35,144 nt of DNA from a virus. Below the pieces are notes generated by a model that saw only the letters and a program-made list of their open reading frames with translations, made no database searches and was not told the DNA's origin. Numbering within the stretch: the first letter of the stretch is position 1; the number at the start of each line of letters is the position of its first letter. The position numbers and the translations under genes were made by a program. Of the stretch, positions 8,968 to 17,187 are shown piece after piece. The stretch lies in UHGV virus genome UHGV-0201127. One strand, written 5' to 3'.

Positions 8968-9587
8968 GAAAAATGAATAGTTACATAGAATCAATACGCC
9001 CTGAATGGGTTAAGAAAATAGTCAATAGAGAAAAGACATTCGAAGTGCGGAAGTCTGCTCCGAAAGAAGTGCCGTTTAAGGTTTATATCTATTGCACGAA
9101 AGACCGTAAAAACCTGTTGCCCATAGAACACGGGAAAGTATTAGAAAAGGTAAATTTTTGGGAAAACACAGACGCTTATTATGGGTTTGGCAAAGTAATC
9201 GGCGAGTTTATCTGCGATAAGGTTTATTCGATAAAAAATCAAGGCAACAGTTTTGTTGTGGCAAACGAAGAGCAGGGCGTAACGAACGAGATTGCCCGTC
9301 AAAGTTGCCTTGATTATGACGATATGGTTGGTTATTTGGGCAACAAAGACGGCTACGGCTGGCATATATCCGACTTAAAGATTTACGACAAGCCGAAAGA
9401 ATTGAGCGAGTTTTCCCATATATGTAGTTACAAGAACGATGACGGCTCGTGTCAATGTCGCAAAGTCGACTGTCTATATCAGCAACGCGATTATAACACT
9501 GATGGAAGTGTCAACCTTGTAACGTGTGGCAAATCGATAACCCGTCCGCCGCAGTCGTATATGCGGGTTGAAGAGTTGGGAGAGTAA
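8964..9587 (+). CDS. ASCH/PUA-like domain protein
   Basis: SIRPEWVKKI..REKTFEVRK...YIYCTK...GKVIGEF...YGWHISDL...RPPQS. Confidence 0.85.
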   Translation: MRKMNSYIESIRPEWVKKIVNREKTFEVRKSAPKEVPFKVYIYCTKDRKNLLPIEHGKVLEKVNFWENTDAYYGFGKVIGEFICDKVYSIKNQGNSFVVANEEQGVTNEIARQSCLDYDDMVGYLGNKDGYGWHISDLKIYDKPKELSEFSHICSYKNDDGSCQCRKVDCLYQQRDYNTDGSVNLVTCGKSITRPPQSYMRVEELGE

Positions 9588-9589
9588 AA

Positions 9590-10627
9590 ATGCCGACGAG
9601 AAATGAACTAACTCAATTACAGTCTTTACCGCTTGAATTAAAGATTATGCGCACTCAACAGCGTATACGAGAATGGGTGCAATACTACGGCGTAGACGGC
9701 GTTTACGTTTCGTTTTCGGGCGGAAAGGATAGTACGGTTTTGTTGGATATGGCAAGGAAACTATATCCAACGATAAAAGCCGTTTTTATCAACACCGGGC
9801 TTGAATATCCCGAAAATCAACAATTCGTTAAAAGTTTCGACAATGTTGAAATTTTACGCCCCGCAATGCGCTTTGACGAAGTTATAAAGACTTACGGCTA
9901 TCCCGTAATAGGTAAAGAGGTCAGCGAGTGCGTATATCAAGGGCGAATGGCGTTGACGGGTAATCGATACCCGTATCGATTACAAAAACTATTCGGCACA
10001 GCAAAGGACAAGAACGGCAATGAAAGCAAATACAACAAGACGAAGTACGCGCCGTTGCTTTTTACGGACTTTAAGATTTCGCATATGTGTTGCAACGTTA
10101 TGAAAAAGAAGCCTGCTCACGAATACAGCAAAATCACGGGCAAAATGCCTATGACGGCGCAAATGGCGGAAGAAAGTCAACTGCGCGAGCAACAGTGGCT
10201 ACGCAACGGGTGTAACGGGTTCGATATGAAATCGCCGATAAGCAACCCTATGAGTTTTTGGACGGAGCAAGACATTCTGCAATACATAAAGCAAAACAAT
10301 TTGCCGATTTCAAAGGTATACGGCGAAGTCGTAGTGAAAGACGACGGCGGGTATCAATACGGCGCAACACTTTGCGATTGCGGCAAGTTATGCACGACGG
10401 GCGCGAAACGGACAGGCTGTATCTTCTGTATGTATTCCGCGCATTGTAAAGGCGACGAAAGGTTTTTATTACTCAAAAAAAATCACCCGCGTCAATACGA
10501 GTATTGTATGGGTGGCGGGGCGTATGATACGGACGGCTTTTGGAAACCGACCAAAGACGGTTTAGGAATGAAGCACGTTATAGACGAGATAAATAAAATC
10601 TACGGCGACGGCTTTATAAAATACTAA
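9590..10627 (+). CDS. phosphoadenosine-phosphosulfate reductase family protein
   Basis: PP-loop SFSGGKDS, NTGLEYPE, CC..MKK.P, RTGCIFC. Confidence 0.9.
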   Translation: MPTRNELTQLQSLPLELKIMRTQQRIREWVQYYGVDGVYVSFSGGKDSTVLLDMARKLYPTIKAVFINTGLEYPENQQFVKSFDNVEILRPAMRFDEVIKTYGYPVIGKEVSECVYQGRMALTGNRYPYRLQKLFGTAKDKNGNESKYNKTKYAPLLFTDFKISHMCCNVMKKKPAHEYSKITGKMPMTAQMAEESQLREQQWLRNGCNGFDMKSPISNPMSFWTEQDILQYIKQNNLPISKVYGEVVVKDDGGYQYGATLCDCGKLCTTGAKRTGCIFCMYSAHCKGDERFLLLKKNHPRQYEYCMGGGAYDTDGFWKPTKDGLGMKHVIDEINKIYGDGFIKY

Positions 10628-10736
10628 CGATACAATCGCGGGGCGGCGCGTTTGTAAATAAAAATTATAATAAAAAAACACCGATTGATAGGTTTAGTCA
10701 GAGAGAAAGCCGCCCATTTCCCGAACGAGGCATAAA

Positions 10737-10907
10737 ATGAAAAATAAAAGTAAAAAAGTTAAGCAAGCGAAGTGGAAATATTGGCTCATAGAAGACGGGT
10801 CGGTAGATATCGACGAATTGAAAAAGTTTATCGCTTATAACAATATGAAGATAAAGATTATCGTATATCGTCAAGGTTCTCAAAAGCCCGAACTAAAAGA
10901 ATTTTGA
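10737..10907 (+). CDS. hypothetical protein, 56 aa
   Basis: SD gagg; MKNKSKKVKQAKWKYWLIEDG...PELKEF. Confidence 0.55.
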   Translation: MKNKSKKVKQAKWKYWLIEDGSVDIDELKKFIAYNNMKIKIIVYRQGSQKPELKEF

Positions 10908-10912
10908 GAAGT

Positions 10913-11188
10913 ATGAAAGAACGAATTAAAAAGGCGTGGCAGTGGCTGCGAAAGCACGTTATAAACCGCGAAAAGTTATTGTGGGTAATAATAGCCGAAC
11001 TTATATTTTGGTCGCCCTGTATCGTTTCTGCGGTCTTGGCGTGGGTAATATCCCCGTGGTGGTGGACGGTGTTCGGCTCATATATTGCGTTTTGGGCTGG
11101 ACCTTTTACGCCCGCTATGCCTTTGCAATTCGGCTTGGCGGTTGCCCTGAAAAAGATACACGAAAGATTAAGACGGAAAAAGAAATAA
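10913..11188 (+). CDS. small multi-pass membrane protein
   Basis: Basic termini, Trp-rich hydrophobic core. Confidence 0.75.
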   Translation: MKERIKKAWQWLRKHVINREKLLWVIIAELIFWSPCIVSAVLAWVISPWWWTVFGSYIAFWAGPFTPAMPLQFGLAVALKKIHERLRRKKK

Positions 11189-11210
11189 AAATTTTTCGGG
11201 TTTTTGAAAG

Positions 11211-11265
11211 TTTGCAGCAATTTGCAGCAATTTGCATTGACTTGCATAGGCGACTGTGATATAGT
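11211..11265 (+). promoter_or_regulatory. late promoter with 10-bp direct repeats (probable activator site)
   Basis: TTTGCAGCAA x2, TTTGCATTGA, CTTGCA; TTGACT 11237, 17 bp, TGnTATAGT 11260; upstream of terS as in RinA/ArpU-controlled phages. Confidence 0.7.
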
Positions 11266-11318
11266 GGTATCGTGGATAGGCTCGATACAAGTTTATTCCC
11301 ATTTTCCCTTCATTAAAC

Positions 11319-11360
11319 TAACAAAACCCCCCGCTGTGTAGCCGACGAGGGGTTTTGTTA
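11319..11360. terminator. hairpin TAACAAAACCCC/GGGGTTTTGTTA
   Basis: 12-bp perfect inverted repeat. Confidence 0.6.
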
Positions 11361-11371
11361 TGGGAAAAAAC

Positions 11372-11400
11372 TTGACAACTATAATCGAAAGGAGTATGAT
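11372..11400 (+). promoter_or_regulatory. sigma-A promoter overlapping SD and abutting ATG 11401
   Basis: TTGACA-17-TATGAT with GGAG in the spacer. Confidence 0.75.
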
Positions 11401-11579
11401 ATGGAATATAGACAGAACTCAATAGAACCGTACACGGGTGATGACAGTGATACCGAAGATATACCCGACGAAGAGAGCCACGGCGGCAATACGGGTTTGC
11501 CGTTCGGGTTATGTATTTGCCTAAAACATACAAAAAGTATGAAGAGATATATTCGACATTAAAGGAGAAGTTAAAATGA
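11401..11579 (+). pseudogene. internally deleted effector gene remnant
   Basis: Frame 1 MEYRQNS..HGGNTGLPFGLC; from 11514 a shifted frame YLPKTYKKYEEIYSTLKEKLK* ends in ATGA overlap with the next gene. Confidence 0.6.
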
Positions 11580-11836
11580 AACCTACGGTATCGTTGGATA
11601 AACTCGCCGATATACTCGGCAGAATAGACTATATGAATGGCGATGAAGTGTTCGAATCGTATAAGTTGCTTTTAGGCGACCCTATCCCGCTGTATGAGGT
11701 AATGGGTAATAAAATATTAAGCGAACAGTTCGATAACAACCCGTATGAAGTATATCGCTATTGTATTAAAAACAGGAAGACTTGGCAAGAAGTATTAGAC
11801 TTTACTCCCGAATACGGCGACGGTATAGTTTATTAG
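11576..11836 (+). CDS. small acidic immunity-like protein
   Basis: 86 aa, own SD aaggag; ends YCIKNRKTWQEVLDF...DGIVY, resembling proteins found after phage polymorphic toxins. Confidence 0.7.
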   Translation: MKPTVSLDKLADILGRIDYMNGDEVFESYKLLLGDPIPLYEVMGNKILSEQFDNNPYEVYRYCIKNRKTWQEVLDFTPEYGDGIVY

Positions 11837-11871
11837 TTTAAGAGCCTTGTTATTTTGTAGCACTCTTAAAC
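11836..11871 (+). repeat. solitary type II CRISPR-repeat-like element, copy 2 (36 bp)
   Basis: GTTTAAGAGCCTTGTTATTTTGTAGCACTCTTAAAC; perfect 9-bp terminal inverted repeat. Confidence 0.6.
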
Positions 11872-11892
11872 AATCAACAACTTAATAATGAG

Positions 11893-11920
11893 AAGCACTG
11901 CTACGGCGGTGTTTTTTTAT
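11893..11920 (+). terminator. intrinsic terminator
   Basis: AAGCACTGC-TACG-GCGGTGTTT then T-run. Confidence 0.75.
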
Positions 11921-11956
11921 GCGTAAAAATAACGAAAAAGGAGCGATTCAGCGAAA

Positions 11957-12349
11957 ATGAAACTTAACGAGCGTCAGAAAGCCTTTTGCGAGTATTACGC
12001 CGCGAGTTTCAATGCAACGGAGAGCGCGAAGAAAGCGGGGTACAGTCAGAAAACGGCTTATTCTATCGGGCAAGAGAACTTGAAGAAACCTGAAATTCAA
12101 AAATACCTTGCCGAACTCACGGAAAAGATGAAATCGAGCCGTATTGCCACGTTAGAAGAGGTCTACGAGTATTTATCCGAAACAATGAGAGACGGGATAG
12201 TAGAGCGTAAAGAAAGGACGAAAGCGGCGCAACTCTTAATGACTTCGTTAGAACGTAAAGCACCGCAGGACGACGGCGGCGAAAGAGCAAAACTCGACGA
12301 CCTTTGCGAAAGGTTAGAGAAGTACGCAGGGGGCGAGCAAGATGAGTGA
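11957..12349 (+). CDS. terS: terminase small subunit
   Basis: LNERQKAFCEYY..FNATESAKKAGYSQKTAYSIGQENLKKPEI. Confidence 0.95.
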   Translation: MKLNERQKAFCEYYAASFNATESAKKAGYSQKTAYSIGQENLKKPEIQKYLAELTEKMKSSRIATLEEVYEYLSETMRDGIVERKERTKAAQLLMTSLERKAPQDDGGERAKLDDLCERLEKYAGGEQDE

Positions 12350-13691
12350 AGATAAGGAGTTTAAGGGTTTTACCGAAAAGCAAAAGAAAGTGCTACGTTG
12401 CGCAAAGAAGCGTTGGAATATATTATCGGGCGCAACGCGTAGCGGGAAAACGCACGTGAGTTATTTCCTCATAATGTTACGGCTTAAAGAGCATTACAAC
12501 GATAATATTCTTTTTTGCGGTAAGACTTTGGCAACGCTTGAAAGAAACGTTTTCGCCGAAATGAGAAAGATATTCGGCGAGCGGTTTATCGGGGATATAA
12601 GGGCAGATATGGCGGGTAACCGAATGATTAAGATATTCGGCAAGTCTTGCTATTGCGTAGGAGCGAACGACGAAAGGGCAATAACGAAAATACAGGGTTT
12701 AGGTCTCGGTTACGCTTATTGCGACGAGTTGACGACTTATCCCGAGAACTTCTTTCAAATGTTGAAATCTCGTCTTGACCGTAAAAACAGTAAGTGCGAC
12801 GCTACTTGCAACCCCGAAAGTCCGTCGCATTTCGTGAAGAAGCATATCGACGCGGACAAAGAAAATACCTATAACGAGCAATTCTCTATATACGACAACA
12901 CTTTTTTAGAGAAAGAATTTGTTTCTGCGCTTGAGAATGAATATCGCGGCACAATCTACTTTGAGAAGTGGATACTCGGTAATTGGGTAAAAGCGGAAGG
13001 CTTGGTATATCCGTTGTTCAGAAGAGAGACGCATTTTCTTACGCCTGCGGAGTTTTCAAGGCGTTACGGGCGGCATAGTATCCGTTACGTCATATTCGGC
13101 GGCGACGGCGCGAACACGAACGATAGTACGGCGTTAGTGCCTTTGGCTATAATGGACAACGGGCAGGCGGTAAGGCTTGAAATGTTTTACCATAACCCGA
13201 AAATAAACGGGCAGTTATCTAACGAGCAATTAGTACCGTACATACAACGGTATTTGCAGGACTTGCAGGATAAATACCGATTCAGGGAGAACGGCGTAGA
13301 GTTCGTAACGCCCATAGATTGCGCGGCGGCGGACTTGGTATTAACGTTAGCGTACAGATTGCCGCCCGAATACAACGTGCAAAAGTTCACTAAAAAAGAT
13401 ATATTGCAAACGACCGACGTTGTCAACAACGCATTAGGCAGAAAAGCCGTGTGTTTATTAGACTTCGGCGGTTATTTTAATTACGTGCGAAACGAGTTCG
13501 TACCGGGCGACGACCAACTTGTTATTGACCTTGAAAATATGGTGTGGGACGAGGACAATAAGAAGTACGACGATTCCGTGCCTAACGACTGCGCAGACGC
13601 GTTCAGATACGCGTTAAACACTTATTACAATAACCCGTTCAATTTGTGGGAAACACCGACAATGAGCGCGTATTATCAAGGAGATGATTAA
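12342..13691 (+). CDS. terL: terminase large subunit (PBSX family)
   Basis: Walker A GATRSGKT, YCDE, CNPESP.H, nuclease DCADAFRYA. Confidence 0.95.
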   Translation: MSEDKEFKGFTEKQKKVLRCAKKRWNILSGATRSGKTHVSYFLIMLRLKEHYNDNILFCGKTLATLERNVFAEMRKIFGERFIGDIRADMAGNRMIKIFGKSCYCVGANDERAITKIQGLGLGYAYCDELTTYPENFFQMLKSRLDRKNSKCDATCNPESPSHFVKKHIDADKENTYNEQFSIYDNTFLEKEFVSALENEYRGTIYFEKWILGNWVKAEGLVYPLFRRETHFLTPAEFSRRYGRHSIRYVIFGGDGANTNDSTALVPLAIMDNGQAVRLEMFYHNPKINGQLSNEQLVPYIQRYLQDLQDKYRFRENGVEFVTPIDCAAADLVLTLAYRLPPEYNVQKFTKKDILQTTDVVNNALGRKAVCLLDFGGYFNYVRNEFVPGDDQLVIDLENMVWDEDNKKYDDSVPNDCADAFRYALNTYYNNPFNLWETPTMSAYYQGDD

Positions 13692-13696
13692 AAAAG

Positions 13697-15427
13697 ATGA
13701 ACGAAGAGAATATCAACGTAAGTAAAGAAGTCGCGCCGTGGTTACGTACTGCGGCGTTCAACAATTATTACACATATTCGTTTATAGGGCGCGCGACCTT
13801 TTATTCGATGATTTCGCCCGAATATTACGACTTTATGAACCGCTTCGTTAAAAATTGGTTGTGGTGGTATGACGGCTACGTGCCTTATTTTCATAACGCC
13901 GAGCAAGGCATACCGTCAACGAGGATAGCGGCGGCTCTCGTCAATAAGATTGCCCGTAAAGTCATCGGCGGTCGCCTTATGTTCAAGAACGCGGGCAAAG
14001 ACAAAACTAACGACACGGTAAATCAGACGTTAAAGTTTATTTCGTCCGATTGGAGCGTAAACTCGAACTTCGAAGCGATCGCGACAAAAGCGATAAATTA
14101 CGCCGCGCAGGCGGGTACTTCGCTTTTGAAGTTGAATAAGTCTAACGGGCAGTTATGGGCGGAAGCCTTACGTCTTGATAGTTTTATTCCCGTCATAGGC
14201 AATAACGACGAAGTAATCGAAGTGAAATGCTTCTTGCGTTGCTTCTCCGATTTCGGGGTTAAGCATAAAGACGGAAAACCGTATAACAGTTTTTACCTCG
14301 TCGAATATCGTCATTACGCCGATTATAAGTGCGCAGACGGCAGGATATTACGCAACGCGCCCGTATGCGAGTACGTTATACATAAACAGTGCGGAAGCGT
14401 TACAAACGGCGTTTATACGTCGCAATCGATGACCGAAAACGAGCCGTTTAAGCAATTATCTACGGAAGTTAAACGGACGATAAGTAAAGCGTATCCGACG
14501 GTAAGGTTCGATACGCCGACGTTGTTACCGTTTAAGAACCTCGGTTGCGAAATAGTCAAGTGGACGGACGGCGTAAGCGGCTTACCCGAAGTACCGCTCG
14601 GCGAAAGTTTCCTCGCACCTATAATCTCGTACCTTATGGAGTGGGACTTCTACCACGCTTGCGCTAATACGGATATGTATCTCGGCAGGGGCAGAGTGCT
14701 TTTGTCTAAATATATGAACAGCGCGACGGGCAACAACTATAACAGCGGACTTGACGATTTCATATACAATCAGTACAATTCGCAGAACCCCGAAAATCAG
14801 AAACCCGTGCCGATACAATTCGAACTCCGCGCGGGTGAGTGGACGGCTATCCGAGACAGGCTGATACAGGATATAGCGATAAACTCGGGTTTGAACCCGT
14901 CTACGATAGCGTCGTTCCTTGCGGATAACACGGCAAGAACGGCGAGAGAGGTTTCGACGGAAGAAAACGAAACGGCGGAATACGTGAACAGCGAAAGGGC
15001 GATTATAGAGAAACCCATAAACAGGCTCTTAAAGACCGTAACGACCTTTTACGGCTATGAGGATACGGTCGTGCTTCGTTGGTCGTCCGCGGGTCTCACG
15101 AACCGTTTAACGCTCACGGAAATACTCGGCAACGCCATACGCGACGGTTATTGTTCCAAATGGAAAGCCGTGCAAATGTTTAATATCGACGACGACCCCG
15201 AACAGGTCGACGAAGAGTACAGGCGTTGCAAGGAAGAAAGCGAGAGCAACAATATGCAGTGGAACGATAAAGATTATTTCGGAGGGTTAGGTAATGACGA
15301 AATCGCCGAAGATAGTACGCCGCGCCTTGAATCTGCAAGCGCAAACGATAACGGACGCGGAGACGGAAATACGGCTGACGGTCAAAAACTGTTATCTGAA
15401 AAGAACGCCGAAGTATTTAATCGATGA
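13697..15427 (+). CDS. portal protein
   Basis: Position after terL; PLGES, G..PST......RTAREV motifs of A118/SPP1-type portals. Confidence 0.85.
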   Translation: MNEENINVSKEVAPWLRTAAFNNYYTYSFIGRATFYSMISPEYYDFMNRFVKNWLWWYDGYVPYFHNAEQGIPSTRIAAALVNKIARKVIGGRLMFKNAGKDKTNDTVNQTLKFISSDWSVNSNFEAIATKAINYAAQAGTSLLKLNKSNGQLWAEALRLDSFIPVIGNNDEVIEVKCFLRCFSDFGVKHKDGKPYNSFYLVEYRHYADYKCADGRILRNAPVCEYVIHKQCGSVTNGVYTSQSMTENEPFKQLSTEVKRTISKAYPTVRFDTPTLLPFKNLGCEIVKWTDGVSGLPEVPLGESFLAPIISYLMEWDFYHACANTDMYLGRGRVLLSKYMNSATGNNYNSGLDDFIYNQYNSQNPENQKPVPIQFELRAGEWTAIRDRLIQDIAINSGLNPSTIASFLADNTARTAREVSTEENETAEYVNSERAIIEKPINRLLKTVTTFYGYEDTVVLRWSSAGLTNRLTLTEILGNAIRDGYCSKWKAVQMFNIDDDPEQVDEEYRRCKEESESNNMQWNDKDYFGGLGNDEIAEDSTPRLESASANDNGRGDGNTADGQKLLSEKNAEVFNR

Positions 15428-16355
15428 AAAGGTAAAAAAGATAATCGCGAGAGCGGTAAAAGAATTGACGAGCGAAACGCTGAAACGAAACACGGTGGTT
15501 TCGCTCGTTGCTTTTTACAACGCTCAATATAACGAGATACGGCGTGTGCCGCTCGTTTATTACGCGATTTTGCCGTCGCTCGTCGAATTGCTCAACGCGA
15601 AAGGAACGCGGCGTAAAACGCCCGTACAAAGCCTTAAACGCGAGGGTGTAACGGTAAGCGGCGATTATGTGGATATGCCAGGGGCGAACACTTACGGCGT
15701 ACCGCTCAAAGAATTTACCGAAGACGTGAGAAAAAGAGTTCAGGCAACCGTAGATAATCTCATCAAACAGACGGCAAAAGACCCCGACGATATATCGGGG
15801 CGCAATTCCTTACGTAACAAAGCCGAAATGCAAGTTCGATACGAAAAGCATTTAACGGATATAGCCGACTTAAAAGGAAGCGGCGCAAAACTCGTTATAT
15901 GCTCTACTCACTCCGACTGCTCGGAACGTTGCCGACCGTGGCAAGGTAAGGTTTACAGTCTTGACGGCACGAGCGGAACGACGGACGACGGAAGAAGTTA
16001 TCAACCGCTTGAAAACGCTACCGACGTGTACTATACGACGAAGAGCGGGAAGACCTATAAAAACGGTTTACTCGGCTTTAATTGCCGTCATTATCTCGTT
16101 GAATATGAGAACGGTTTACGATTCGGGAAGCAGAGCGAAGCGGAAGAACGGAAAGAGTACGCTATAACCGAGCGACAACGCGAATACGAGCGCGATATAC
16201 GCCGTTATAAGGTTGAAGCAATAGAGAAGCGGGGTAATGACGAACAAGGCTATAAAACGGCTGTGGCGGCGTATAAGCGGCTTACGAACGAATATATAGA
16301 GTTCTCGAAAGCAAACGGACGAGCCTACTATAAATCACGAATAAGGATAATTTAA
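15294..16355 (+). CDS. minor capsid protein (MuF-superfamily, short form)
   Basis: S.H..C...C.PWQGKVYS, GLLGFNCRH, QREYERDIRRYK; SD ggagg. Confidence 0.85.
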   Translation: MTKSPKIVRRALNLQAQTITDAETEIRLTVKNCYLKRTPKYLIDEKVKKIIARAVKELTSETLKRNTVVSLVAFYNAQYNEIRRVPLVYYAILPSLVELLNAKGTRRKTPVQSLKREGVTVSGDYVDMPGANTYGVPLKEFTEDVRKRVQATVDNLIKQTAKDPDDISGRNSLRNKAEMQVRYEKHLTDIADLKGSGAKLVICSTHSDCSERCRPWQGKVYSLDGTSGTTDDGRSYQPLENATDVYYTTKSGKTYKNGLLGFNCRHYLVEYENGLRFGKQSEAEERKEYAITERQREYERDIRRYKVEAIEKRGNDEQGYKTAVAAYKRLTNEYIEFSKANGRAYYKSRIRII

Positions 16356-16364
16356 TTCAATATC

Positions 16365-16403
16365 AAAAGGCGGACTGTATAGAGACAGTATCCGTCTTTT
16401 TTT
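16365..16403 (+). terminator. intrinsic terminator-like hairpin
   Basis: AAAAGGCGGA/TCCGTCTTTT with T-run. Confidence 0.7.
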
Positions 16404-16561
16404 ATACACGCCGTAAACGGGCGTTAAACGGATAGAACCGAACACCGCATTGCGGTCGGATAGTTTTTGCTGTGAGGAGCGGCGAGAGCGACCCATAGAG
16501 ACGAAGATCGGCGCAGAAAGTTCGAAGTTCTTGCAAGAAGAAAAAACAGGAGGTAAACATT

Positions 16562-17155
16562 ATGGCACTTTTTAAGAAGTCTGCCGAAGAGGTATTGAAG
16601 TTCTTTAATCAGTTGTCTGACGAAGAAAAGGCGAAAGTCCTTGACGGGATACAGAAACCCGCCGAAGAGACCAAAGAACAAGTCGCCGAAGCCGAGGAAG
16701 ACGTAGCCGAGAAAGGAGCAGACGAGCAGACCGAAAAAGACCGCGTAGACGAGAGCGTAGGCGAGCAGGAAAAACTCGACGGCAACGAAGACAGTCAGAC
16801 TGCGGAAGACAGAGTAGACGAAAGCGAGGGCGAAACCGCCGAAGAGGAAGAACTCGAAGACGACCCCGCGGCGACACCCGATTCCGAACAGCCTGCGGCA
16901 GAGGTCGCGACCGAAGAGGATAAGCAACCCGCGCCCGCTGACGGAGCAATGGAAAACCCCAAAGACGAAGTACACGAAGCATTGAACGCGCGTATAGCGG
17001 CGCTCGAAGAAACGCTTCAAAGAGTTTTAGAGAAACTCGACAATCAGGACTTTGGCGGTATCAGGGCAAATTCGACCGAGAAAGTCGAAGACGACGCGTT
17101 ATCGGAAGACGACCGTATAATGCGCAGTTATTACGGTAACTCGTACCGTAGATAA
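16562..17155 (+). CDS. capsid scaffold protein
   Basis: Very acidic, coiled-coil C-terminus, directly before the capsid gene; SD aggagg. Confidence 0.75.
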   Translation: MALFKKSAEEVLKFFNQLSDEEKAKVLDGIQKPAEETKEQVAEAEEDVAEKGADEQTEKDRVDESVGEQEKLDGNEDSQTAEDRVDESEGETAEEEELEDDPAATPDSEQPAAEVATEEDKQPAPADGAMENPKDEVHEALNARIAALEETLQRVLEKLDNQDFGGIRANSTEKVEDDALSEDDRIMRSYYGNSYRR

Positions 17156-17187
17156 AACGAGAAATCACTTAAAAGGAGACTACTATT

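Noticed and set aside
10871..10910. tracrRNA anti-repeat (CAAGGTTCTCAAA is partly complementary to repeat copy 1)
   Set aside because: Only ~13 nt, inside a small ORF, no bulge or nexus pattern, and it pairs locally with TTTTGAGAA.
16424..17020. Long minus-strand ORFs (also 26379-27146, 20476-20988, 4220-4681 and similar)
   Set aside because: Antisense shadows of well-supported genes, without SD or recognisable motifs.
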